A DNA stretch of 40,802 bases from an uncultured Bacilli bacterium (GTDB lineage: Bacteria > Bacillota_I > Bacilli_A > RF39 > UBA660): contig CANQVR010000003.1 in assembly GCA_947627375.1 (NCBI GenBank), positions 1 to 40,802 of the forward strand. The letters run 5' to 3'. The notes beneath the pieces were generated by a model, which did not search any database, was not told the DNA's origin, and saw only the letters and a program-made list of their open reading frames with translations. Position numbers and translations under genes: made by a program. Of this stretch, positions 19,894-27,735 are shown piece by piece; position 1 is the stretch's first letter, and every line of letters starts with the position of its first letter.

Positions 19894-20445
19894 GTGAAAG
19901 GTGGTTTTATTATTAAAAAAACTATAATTATTGGAACAATTATTTTAATTTTAGTTTCTCTTTTAAATAATGTATCAGAGGAAGTTATCATTCCCAAAAG
20001 TGCGATTAGATTTAGAGTGATTGCTAATAGTAATTCGACATTTGATCAAAATATAAAATTAAAAGTTAGAGATAATTTACAAAAACAGATGAATAGTGTT
20101 TTAAAGGAATCTGATTCAATTGAGACTTCTAGAAATATTTTAAAAAATAATACTTTATTATTTGAAGAAAATGTTAATAATACTTTGAAAAATTTAAATG
20201 TTAAACAAAAAGTAGATGTTAATTATGGAATGAATTATTTTCCTGAAAAAGTATATAAAGGAGTTACTTATAAAAAAGGAAATTATGAATCATTAGTAGT
20301 AAAACTTGGAGAAGGAAAAGGAGATAATTGGTGGTGTGTTTTATTTCCTCCACTTTGTCTTTTAGAAGCAGAAGAAGATGAAGCAAAAGAAAAAGTTGAG
20401 TATAAATTTTTTGTCAAAGAATTGATCGATAAGTATTTTAAGTAA
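19894..20445 (+). CDS. spoIIR: Stage II sporulation protein R (start uncertain: GTG19894 or ATT19912)
   Basis: IRFRVIANSNS..DQ..KLKVRD, FPEKVY, GEGKGDNWWCVLFPPLC; follows prmC as in Bacillus. Confidence 0.95.
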   Translation: MKGGFIIKKTIIIGTIILILVSLLNNVSEEVIIPKSAIRFRVIANSNSTFDQNIKLKVRDNLQKQMNSVLKESDSIETSRNILKNNTLLFEENVNNTLKNLNVKQKVDVNYGMNYFPEKVYKGVTYKKGNYESLVVKLGEGKGDNWWCVLFPPLCLLEAEEDEAKEKVEYKFFVKELIDKYFK

Positions 20446-20473
20446 AGGTTATTAATAAAATATATAAGGTGAT

Positions 20474-21016
20474 ATGATGAGAGATATCCTTATATATTTT
20501 TTTGTGGCTTTAGGTCTTAGTATGGATGCATTTTCTTTGGCAATAGTTTATGGAGTTAGTAAAATTACTTTTATGAAAATGTTACTTCTTTCCTTATGTG
20601 TTGGAGTTTTTCATTTTTTTATGCCGATATTGGGTGGAAGTGTTGGTGTTTTGTTTCAAAAGCAATTGATTTTTAGCGCTAATATAATAGTTAGTGTTGT
20701 CTTTTTTATAATTGCTATTTCCATGATTAGATCTTTAAATGAAGATGAGGAAGTAATCTTACTTTCTAAGTTTTATCATTTTTTATTTTTTGCTTTTACT
20801 GTAAGTTTAGATAGTTTATCAGTTGGTATTGCTTATGGTATTTTAAAAGAGGAGATGCTGCTTGCAGCTTTAATATTTTCGATAATTAGTTTTATCTTTA
20901 CTTTCTTAGGAGTTTTAATAGGTAATTATTTTGGAAAGAAATTTGGTAAGTGTTCTAAAGTTATAGGAGCTTTAATTTTATTTTTTTTGGGTCTTAAATA
21001 TCTTATTTTGTCTTAG
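20474..21016 (+). CDS. mntP: Manganese efflux pump MntP (YwlD-like)
   Basis: LSMDAF, HFFMP, SLDSLSVG; six TM segments. Confidence 0.85.
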   Translation: MMRDILIYFFVALGLSMDAFSLAIVYGVSKITFMKMLLLSLCVGVFHFFMPILGGSVGVLFQKQLIFSANIIVSVVFFIIAISMIRSLNEDEEVILLSKFYHFLFFAFTVSLDSLSVGIAYGILKEEMLLAALIFSIISFIFTFLGVLIGNYFGKKFGKCSKVIGALILFFLGLKYLILS

Positions 21017-21022
21017 TATTTT

Positions 21023-21051
21023 TTGACTTTTTTTAAAATTCATGTTAAAAT
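21023..21051 (+). promoter_or_regulatory. Sigma-A promoter of the second DHH gene
   Basis: TTGACT, 17 nt, TG-n-TAAAAT. Confidence 0.65.
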
Positions 21052-21086
21052 ATAGCTGCTTTTAAAGTATTGAGGGAGGCTTTAGA

Positions 21087-22124
21087 ATGTATTTTGATAT
21101 TTCTAATTTTGAAGTTGATTTAAAAAATGCTATAAAAAAAGCAACTAATATTATAATTACGCCACATGTATATCCTGATTTTGATGCTATAGGTTCTGCT
21201 CTTGGTATTGCAACTTTATGTAATCATTATGGAGGAAAACCTTATATTTTAATAAATGATAATTTAGATAACTTAGATTATAAAGTTACTGAAATAATCA
21301 ATGAAGCAAAAGAAGATTATAATTTTATTACTTTAGAAGAATACAATCAAATTAAAAGTGATAATGATACGTTAATCACTACCGATGTTAATAAGAAAAA
21401 TATTGTGCATGTGGAAAATGATCTTAAAAGTTTTAAAGATATATTTATCATAGACCATCATCAAGTTGATAATAATACTATTGTTACTGATCCAGAAAAA
21501 ATGTATATAAATGTTTTTTCATCTAGTGCTAGTGAGATAGTTACTAATATTTTACTTGATAATGATATTAAATTTGATGCTAAAATTGCAACTTATTTAT
21601 ATACGGGAATAGTATTAGATACTAATAGATTTATGAAAGATACAACATCTCAAACTTTAACAATTGCGGCAGAACTTTTAAAAAGAGGTGCTAGTATAGA
21701 AAGAGCAAATAATTTATTGAAAAGTAATAATATTCAGAATTTAAAAATATATAAATTAGTTAATTCTGCTAAATTTATGAATTATAATTTAGGAATTGCT
21801 GGACTTGCTAAAGAAAATAGACAAGTTTATGAAATAAAAGAAATTGCTATTGCTGCAGATAGAATTTTAAATGGTGATATGGCTTCTAATCAAATGTCTA
21901 AAAATTTATCATTAGAAAATTTAAATGTTTCTATTGCCATGGGACCAATTGATAAAAATAGATATCGTATAAGTGCTAGAAGTAGTGAAAATGGATTAGA
22001 TGTGTGTGAAATAATGAAAAAAATTGGTGGAGGAGGCAATACCCATAGTGCAGCTGCTGAAGTTAATCGAAAAAATTCTTATAAGGCATTAGTTAAAATA
22101 AAGGATATTATCAAAAAACAATAA
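21087..22124 (+). CDS. Second DHH/DHHA1 phosphoesterase (GdpP/NrnA-like)
   Basis: H..PDFDAIGS, IDHH, SSASE, GIVLDT, SARS, GGGG. Confidence 0.88.
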   Translation: MYFDISNFEVDLKNAIKKATNIIITPHVYPDFDAIGSALGIATLCNHYGGKPYILINDNLDNLDYKVTEIINEAKEDYNFITLEEYNQIKSDNDTLITTDVNKKNIVHVENDLKSFKDIFIIDHHQVDNNTIVTDPEKMYINVFSSSASEIVTNILLDNDIKFDAKIATYLYTGIVLDTNRFMKDTTSQTLTIAAELLKRGASIERANNLLKSNNIQNLKIYKLVNSAKFMNYNLGIAGLAKENRQVYEIKEIAIAADRILNGDMASNQMSKNLSLENLNVSIAMGPIDKNRYRISARSSENGLDVCEIMKKIGGGGNTHSAAAEVNRKNSYKALVKIKDIIKKQ

Positions 22125-22157
22125 TATCTTTTTTCTTTTTTCTTTTAAGCAGTTTAA

Positions 22158-22186
22158 TTGACAAGTTATCATAAATTTTATATGAT
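22158..22186 (+). promoter_or_regulatory. Sigma-A promoter of fba-murA
   Basis: TTGACA, 17 nt, TATGAT. Confidence 0.7.
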
Positions 22187-22202
22187 ATAGTTGGTGATAA
22201 TA

Positions 22203-23051
22203 ATGTTAGTTAATTTTAAAGAAATGATGCATGAGGCAAAACAAAAAAAATATGCTGTTCCACAGTTTAATATTAATAATTTAGAGTGGACAAAGTATAT
22301 TTTGGAAGAATGTCAAAAGCTTAATATACCTGTAATTTTAGGAGTAAGTGAAGGTGCAGTAAGATATATGGGAGGATACCATATAGTAGTAGCATTAGTT
22401 GAGTCTCTTATTAAAGATTTAAGAATAACTATTCCTGTATGTCTTCATTTAGATCATGGAACTTTTGAAGGATGTTTTAAAGCAGTAGATGCTGGATTTA
22501 GTTCAGTTATGATAGATGCTTCCCGTGAAGAGTTAAATAAAAATATTGAAATAACAAAAAAAGTGGTAGAATATGCTCATCCTAAAGGTGTTAGCGTCGA
22601 AGCTGAAATTGGTCATATTGGTGGAGTAGAAGATGATATAAGTGGAAAGTTGTTTTATGCAAGAGTAGATGAATGTAAAACACTTTATAATGAAACGAAT
22701 ATTGATTCTATTGCACCGGCTTTAGGTAGTGTTCATGGTCCATATAAAGGAGAACCTAAACTTGATTTTAAAACCATGAGAGAAATAGATGAGGCTTTGG
22801 AAATCCCTTTAGTTTTGCATGGAGGTTCAGGAATACCTGATTATCAAATTAAAGAAGCTATTTCTTGTGGAATTGCTAAAATTAATGTTAATACGGATTT
22901 ACAAATTGTTTGGTCAAAAGCTGTTCGTGAATTTTTAAATAGTGATAGTAAAGTTTATGATCCACGAAAAATTATTGGAAGTGGAGAGAACGCTATAAAA
23001 ACTAAAATAGAAGAATTAGTTTACATTTTTGGAACAAAATCTATGAAATAA
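22203..23051 (+). CDS. fba: Class II fructose-bisphosphate aldolase
   Basis: FNINNLE, LHLDHG, SVMIDAS, VHG, LVLHGGSG, KINVNT. Confidence 0.97.
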   Translation: MLVNFKEMMHEAKQKKYAVPQFNINNLEWTKYILEECQKLNIPVILGVSEGAVRYMGGYHIVVALVESLIKDLRITIPVCLHLDHGTFEGCFKAVDAGFSSVMIDASREELNKNIEITKKVVEYAHPKGVSVEAEIGHIGGVEDDISGKLFYARVDECKTLYNETNIDSIAPALGSVHGPYKGEPKLDFKTMREIDEALEIPLVLHGGSGIPDYQIKEAISCGIAKINVNTDLQIVWSKAVREFLNSDSKVYDPRKIIGSGENAIKTKIEELVYIFGTKSMK

Positions 23052-23075
23052 AAATATAATAAATTGGAGGAAATA

Positions 23076-24329
23076 ATGAAAGTATTAGAAATAACAGGAG
23101 GTCAAACTCTATCTGGAACTATACGAATAAGTGGGGCAAAAAATAGTGTTGTAGCTTTAATTCCAGCGGCTATTTTAGCAGATGAAGATGTTACTATTTG
23201 TAATGTTCCTGAGATTACGGATACTGATGCTTTATGTGAAGCTTTAGAATATTTAAATGTTTCAGTAAAAAGAGCTAGTGAAAGTTTAGTTATAAATGCT
23301 AGTAAATTACAAAACAAAGAAATAACTATTCACTATTCTCAAAAGTTGAGAGCGTCATATTATTTTATGGGAGCACTTCTTGGTAAATATAAAAAAGTAA
23401 CTATGTATTTTCCTGGAGGTTGTGCTATTGGAAAAAGACCTATTAATTTACATTTAAAAGGATTTGAATCTCTTGGAGCAACAGTTACAAGTGATGATAA
23501 TAAATATACAGTGGCAGCAGATGAGCTTAAAGGCGCTAATATTTATTTAGATATAGCTTCAGTTGGAGCTACAGTAAATATTATGTTGGCTGCAGTTTAT
23601 GCAAAAGGTAAAACGGTAATTGAAAATGCTGCTAAAGAGCCTGAGATTGTTAATATTGCTACCTTTTTAAATAATATGGGAGCAAAAATTACAGGAGCAG
23701 GTACTTCTACGATAACGATAGTTGGAGTAGATAAACTTCACGGATGTTTCCATGAAGTTATACCTGATAGAATTGAAGCAGGAACTTATTTGATTGCTGG
23801 GGCTTTAGTTGGAAAGTATTTAAAAATAGATAATATTATTCCAGAACATTTAGAAAGTCTTACTTCTAAATTAGAAGAAATAGGTGCCGAACTGGAAATA
23901 GGAGCTGATTATATTATTGTTAATAAAGGTAATCATTATAAAGCAACTAATATAAAAACGCTTGTATATCCTGGCTTTCCAACGGACCTACAACAACCTT
24001 TTACGACTCTTTTAACTCAATGTAAAGGAAAAAGTAAGGTCGAAGAAACAATTTGGGAAAATCGTTTTATGCATGTTCCATATTTAGAAAAGATGGGAGC
24101 TGATATAGAAGTTAGAGATACTACAGCTATTGTTTTAAGAAATACTCCTCTTGTTGGTTGTCGAGTTACTGCTACTGATTTACGTGCAGGAGCTGCTTTG
24201 GTAGTGGCAGGACTTGTAGCAAGTGGTACTACTATAATAGATAATATTGATCATATTTTAAGAGGATATGAACAAATAATTGAAAAATTAACCGGTGTCG
24301 GTGCTAAAATAACATTAAAAGAAATATAG
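23076..24329 (+). CDS. murA: UDP-N-acetylglucosamine 1-carboxyvinyltransferase (in the murAB position)
   Basis: SGAKN, RAS, PGGCAIGKRP, DRIEAGT, YPGFPTDLQ, DLRAG. Confidence 0.97.
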   Translation: MKVLEITGGQTLSGTIRISGAKNSVVALIPAAILADEDVTICNVPEITDTDALCEALEYLNVSVKRASESLVINASKLQNKEITIHYSQKLRASYYFMGALLGKYKKVTMYFPGGCAIGKRPINLHLKGFESLGATVTSDDNKYTVAADELKGANIYLDIASVGATVNIMLAAVYAKGKTVIENAAKEPEIVNIATFLNNMGAKITGAGTSTITIVGVDKLHGCFHEVIPDRIEAGTYLIAGALVGKYLKIDNIIPEHLESLTSKLEEIGAELEIGADYIIVNKGNHYKATNIKTLVYPGFPTDLQQPFTTLLTQCKGKSKVEETIWENRFMHVPYLEKMGADIEVRDTTAIVLRNTPLVGCRVTATDLRAGAALVVAGLVASGTTIIDNIDHILRGYEQIIEKLTGVGAKITLKEI

Positions 24330-24365
24330 TATTATATATTCTTTTTTTGTATGGAGGCATACATC

Positions 24366-25064
24366 ATGAAATATAAAAAAATACTATTCTTTGTATTAGT
24401 GATTATAATTATTTATTTAATTTATTTTTTTTACCATGGTAAAACTATTTCTTATATTGCTTTAGGAGACTCTTTTGCATTAGGAGAAAATCCTTATGGA
24501 GAAGTTGGTTATAGTTATGCTGATTATTTAAGAGATGATTTAAGTAAAAATAAAAATATAAAATTATATACTAAAGAATTTACTAAAAAAAATTATTATA
24601 TCCAAGATTTATATGAAGATATTATTTTTAATAAAAAAATTTTGATTGATGGAAAGACATTATCTCTAAAAAGTACTTTAAGAGATGCTAATTTAATTAC
24701 TATTTCTATAGGAAAAGATGATTTGTTTTCCAAGATTTCTTTTCAACAATCTAAAAATATAAGTGATGATGATATAGTTGATAATATTTCTCATGAGATG
24801 AATTTATTAATAAAAGAAATTATGAAATATAATAGTAATATTATTTTAGTTGGATATTATAATTTATTTTATGATAAGAATGATTCTAAAATATTTGAAA
24901 AGTTAAATGAAGAATATAAAAGTATTGCTAAAAAACATGGTATTACTTATATAGATATTTATAATAAAATGAATTATGATAATCTTTCTAATCCTAATAG
25001 TTATTATCCAAATGTAGAAGGATATAGATTTATAGAAAGTGAAATAATGAAGAGTTTTAAGTAA
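24366..25064 (+). CDS. SGNH/GDSL-fold protein (YpmR-like), catalytic His apparently absent
   Basis: N-terminal TM, YIALGDS, ITISIGKDD, YPNVEGY. Confidence 0.75.
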   Translation: MKYKKILFFVLVIIIIYLIYFFYHGKTISYIALGDSFALGENPYGEVGYSYADYLRDDLSKNKNIKLYTKEFTKKNYYIQDLYEDIIFNKKILIDGKTLSLKSTLRDANLITISIGKDDLFSKISFQQSKNISDDDIVDNISHEMNLLIKEIMKYNSNIILVGYYNLFYDKNDSKIFEKLNEEYKSIAKKHGITYIDIYNKMNYDNLSNPNSYYPNVEGYRFIESEIMKSFK

Positions 25065-25074
25065 AGTTTTTTAA

Positions 25075-25103
25075 TTGATTTTTATAATTCTCAGTGCTAT
25101 AAT
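25075..25103 (+). promoter_or_regulatory. Sigma-A promoter of the orphan membrane protein gene
   Basis: TTGATT, 17 nt, TG-n-TATAAT. Confidence 0.7.
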
Positions 25104-25129
25104 AGAGATTATTAAAAAGGAGAAGGATT

Positions 25130-25600
25130 ATGAAAAAACGAAAAAAAGAACTTTCTAGAAGTGAAAAAATGATTGTTGCTGCACAAGGAACAATGCTTTG
25201 TTTTCTCGCACCTTTTTTTGTTTGTTTTGGTGCAAATGCAACTTTTAGTCTTTTTTCTGCTGCTCTTACTTTGGGAAGTGGTTTAGGATCTGGTATTTGT
25301 CTTGGTGTAGGAATATTTTCTTTTTTGGCTTTGGTTGTGGCGCCAATACAGATTTCTATGTGGGCAGTTAAAAATATATGTTCATTTTTGAAAGAAAGTA
25401 AAAAAGGTAATAATGAAAAAGTTACTGAAAAAAATAATGAAAAATTACATGATAAAAAAGTTACTATAGGAAAAGATAATAATAAGGTTAAAAAGACAGA
25501 ATTTATTTTAGGTGATAATAAAAAGAACAATCATACTAGTTGTTATGATGACTATGTTTATGATGCTAAAGCAAAAGGAAAACAAAAAGTGAAAAAATAA
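25130..25600 (+). CDS. Hypothetical membrane protein
   Basis: Strong SD AAAGGAG, own promoter, long Gly/Ala/Phe-rich hydrophobic segment, Lys-rich tail. Confidence 0.75.
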   Translation: MKKRKKELSRSEKMIVAAQGTMLCFLAPFFVCFGANATFSLFSAALTLGSGLGSGICLGVGIFSFLALVVAPIQISMWAVKNICSFLKESKKGNNEKVTEKNNEKLHDKKVTIGKDNNKVKKTEFILGDNKKNNHTSCYDDYVYDAKAKGKQKVKK

Positions 25601-25616
25601 TTTTATTGTTAAAAAT

Positions 25617-25645
25617 TTGCGTATTTTTGGAAAGTTTGCTATACT
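25617..25645 (+). promoter_or_regulatory. Sigma-A promoter of rpmE
   Basis: TTGCGT, 17 nt, TG-n-TATACT. Confidence 0.7.
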
Positions 25646-25650
25646 ATCTA

Positions 25651-25700
25651 TGCTTGTTTATATTTCTATGACAAATAATTTGTCATGGCGGAAGGAGTGA
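25651..25700 (+). ncRNA. Putative L31 leader hairpin (L31-Firmicutes-like)
   Basis: CTATGACAAA-TAA-TTTGTCATGG hairpin followed by CGGAAGGAG, between promoter and rpmE start. Confidence 0.55.
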
Positions 25701-25705
25701 AACTT

Positions 25706-25921
25706 ATGAAAAAAGGAATTCATCCAGAAGTTAAGGATTGTACTGTTACTTGTGTTTGTGGTGAAACTTTTACTACAAAATCAGTAAAGGATGAAATTAA
25801 TGTTGAAGTTTGTTCTAAGTGTCATCCATTTTATACAGGAGAACAAAATAGAGCATCACGTGCTGGACGTGTAGATAAATTCAACAAAAAATATGGATTC
25901 GATAAAAAAGAAGCTGCTTAA
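25706..25921 (+). CDS. rpmE: 50S ribosomal protein L31 (Zn-binding type A)
   Basis: [32 protein letters not shown]. Confidence 0.97.
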   Translation: MKKGIHPEVKDCTVTCVCGETFTTKSVKDEINVEVCSKCHPFYTGEQNRASRAGRVDKFNKKYGFDKKEAA

Positions 25922-25974
25922 TTTAAGTAGTTTTTTCTTTTTTGTGATATACTTATAATAGAAAGGGTGATTTG

Positions 25975-26421
25975 ATGAAAGTAGGTATAGCTAGTGATCA
26001 TAGAGGTTATGATTTAAAAAAATATTTGAAAGAAAATTTAAATGATTATGAAATAATTGATTATGGTACTTATTCAAATGAAGCAGTAGATTATCCTGAT
26101 TATGGTTTTTTACTTGGAGAAAAAGTATCAGAACAAGAAGTAGATTATGGAATTGCAATATGTGGTTCTGGTATTGGTATCAGCATTGCCTGCAATAAAG
26201 TTAAAGGAATACGTTGTGCAAAAGTATCTAGTGTAAGTGATGCACGAATGACAAGAATTGATAATGATGCTAATATTGTAGCGATTTCTTCAAATACTAA
26301 AAACGAGGAAGCATTAGAAATTGTAAATGTGTTTTTAACTACTGCTTTTTCACAAGAAGAAAGACATCATCGAAGAGTTGAAAAAATAAAAAAATATGAG
26401 GAAGAACATTATGAGTGTTAA
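25975..26421 (+). CDS. rpiB: Ribose-5-phosphate isomerase B
   Basis: ASDHRG, DYPD, CGSGIG, NDAN, RHHRRVEKI. Confidence 0.95.
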   Translation: MKVGIASDHRGYDLKKYLKENLNDYEIIDYGTYSNEAVDYPDYGFLLGEKVSEQEVDYGIAICGSGIGISIACNKVKGIRCAKVSSVSDARMTRIDNDANIVAISSNTKNEEALEIVNVFLTTAFSQEERHHRRVEKIKKYEEEHYEC

Positions 26422-26608
26422 GTTTTTTATTTATATTTTTGTCACAATACTTGTGATTTGGGCGATGGATTCTTTAAATATTAATAGATTTTTTAAAAAA
26501 AATAAAGTTATTCAAGCACAAGTGTTTTATGTTTTACTTGGACTTTCAATGATTTATTTAATTACTAATTTTATTTTTGATTTATTTACTTCATATAAAA
26601 TTTTTTAA
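26411..26608 (+). CDS. DUF1146 (YwzB-like) membrane protein
   Basis: Two TM segments, WAMDSLN..FFKKNK..QA. Confidence 0.8.
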   Translation: MSVKFFIYIFVTILVIWAMDSLNINRFFKKNKVIQAQVFYVLLGLSMIYLITNFIFDLFTSYKIF

Positions 26609-26613
26609 AAATA

Positions 26614-26642
26614 GTATAAAAAATATTATTTGTGCCAAACTC
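26614..26642 (+). promoter_or_regulatory. Candidate sigma-F promoter of spoIIQ
   Basis: GTATA-N17-CAAACTC, same geometry as upstream of spoIIR. Confidence 0.5.
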
Positions 26643-26658
26643 TTAATGAGGTGAAAAA

Positions 26659-27372
26659 ATGAAAAGAAGAAAATTAAAACAAGGAGTTTGGATTAGTCTT
26701 TATCTAGTATTAATAGTAGGTTTAGTTTTTAGTGCTTATGCATTAAGGAACGCTATGAGATCATCTACTAATGATAATGATGATAAAAATCAATATGTTT
26801 CTAGTTCGATAGTAGATGAAGATGTACCTGTTATTAATGAAGTTACAAAAATCATTAATCCTTATAATGCAGAAGGTGTAAGTATTGCTAAGACTTATTA
26901 TGATTATCAAGCAGAAGCTGCTGAACAAGAAAAATCAATTATTTATCATGATAATACTTATATGCAAAACTCAGGAGTTGATTATGTTTTAAATACAACT
27001 TTTGATGTCTTAAGTGTAATGGATGGTACTGTTACTAGTGTTAAAGATGATGAGCTTGTTGGAAAAACAATCGAAATAAAACATGATAATGATTATGTTA
27101 GTGTTTATCAAAGTTTATCAGAAGTATCTTTGAAAAAAGGAGATACTGTTAAACAAGGTGATGTAATTGGTAAGAGTGGTACTAATAAACTTGATGGAGA
27201 CTTAGGAAATCATTTACATTTTGAACTTTATGTTAATGGTCAAGTTGTTAATCCAGTAAATTATGTAGATAAAGAAATCAAAAAAGATAATAGTTCTACA
27301 ACTAATAAAACAAACGAAGAGAATAATTCTAATAATACGACAACTGAAGAAAATAAAAATAATCAAGAATAG
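26659..27372 (+). CDS. spoIIQ: SpoIIQ-like degenerate M23 protein
   Basis: N-terminal TM, YYD..A...EQE, NTY.QNSGVD (first Zn-binding His replaced), YQSL, HLHFE; directly before spoIIID-mbl. Confidence 0.85.
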   Translation: MKRRKLKQGVWISLYLVLIVGLVFSAYALRNAMRSSTNDNDDKNQYVSSSIVDEDVPVINEVTKIINPYNAEGVSIAKTYYDYQAEAAEQEKSIIYHDNTYMQNSGVDYVLNTTFDVLSVMDGTVTSVKDDELVGKTIEIKHDNDYVSVYQSLSEVSLKKGDTVKQGDVIGKSGTNKLDGDLGNHLHFELYVNGQVVNPVNYVDKEIKKDNSSTTNKTNEENNSNNTTTEENKNNQE

Positions 27373-27392
27373 GAAGCGGAAGCTTCTTTTTT
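27371..27392 (+). terminator. Intrinsic terminator after spoIIQ
   Basis: GGAAGC-GGAA-GCTTCT followed by a T-run. Confidence 0.65.
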
Positions 27393-27437
27393 CATAAAAA
27401 AATTTCTTTTTTATATAATTAAACAGGAAGGAGTTAT

Positions 27438-27683
27438 ATGAAAGAGAAATTAAAAACTAGGATCTTAAATGAAGGAAATAGAATTGTGGAAACTGGGAAA
27501 ACTTTAAGAGAATTAGCGCTTGAATTTGGTGTTAGTAAAAGTACTATTCATAAAGATATGCAGACTAAACTAATTCATTTAGATGAAGATTTATATAGGA
27601 AAGTTCAAAAGGTATTTTGGGAACATTTGGAGTCTAGATATTACTTAGGAGGAGAAAACTCTAAAAAAAATATAAAAAAATAA
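27438..27683 (+). CDS. spoIIID: Sporulation transcriptional regulator SpoIIID
   Basis: TLRELA..FGVSKSTIHKD, C-terminal R...GGE; upstream of mbl. Confidence 0.9.
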   Translation: MKEKLKTRILNEGNRIVETGKTLRELALEFGVSKSTIHKDMQTKLIHLDEDLYRKVQKVFWEHLESRYYLGGENSKKNIKK

Positions 27684-27735
27684 TATAAAATCTAGATTTT
27701 ATGGTAAAATAATAAGGAGAAAGAGGAGGAAGAAG

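Noticed and set aside
9399-20040. Spo0A boxes (TGTCGAA/TTCGACA) in dnaB, prfA and spoIIR
   Set aside because: All lie inside coding regions and are expected by chance
20446-20473. yybP-ykoY Mn riboswitch before mntP
   Set aside because: The intergenic gap is only 28 nt, leaving no room
27392-27419. Sigma-E promoter for spoIIID (TCATA..TATATAAT)
   Set aside because: Plausible, but spacing and -10 are imperfect and it cannot be told apart from a sigma-A -10 in AT-rich DNA
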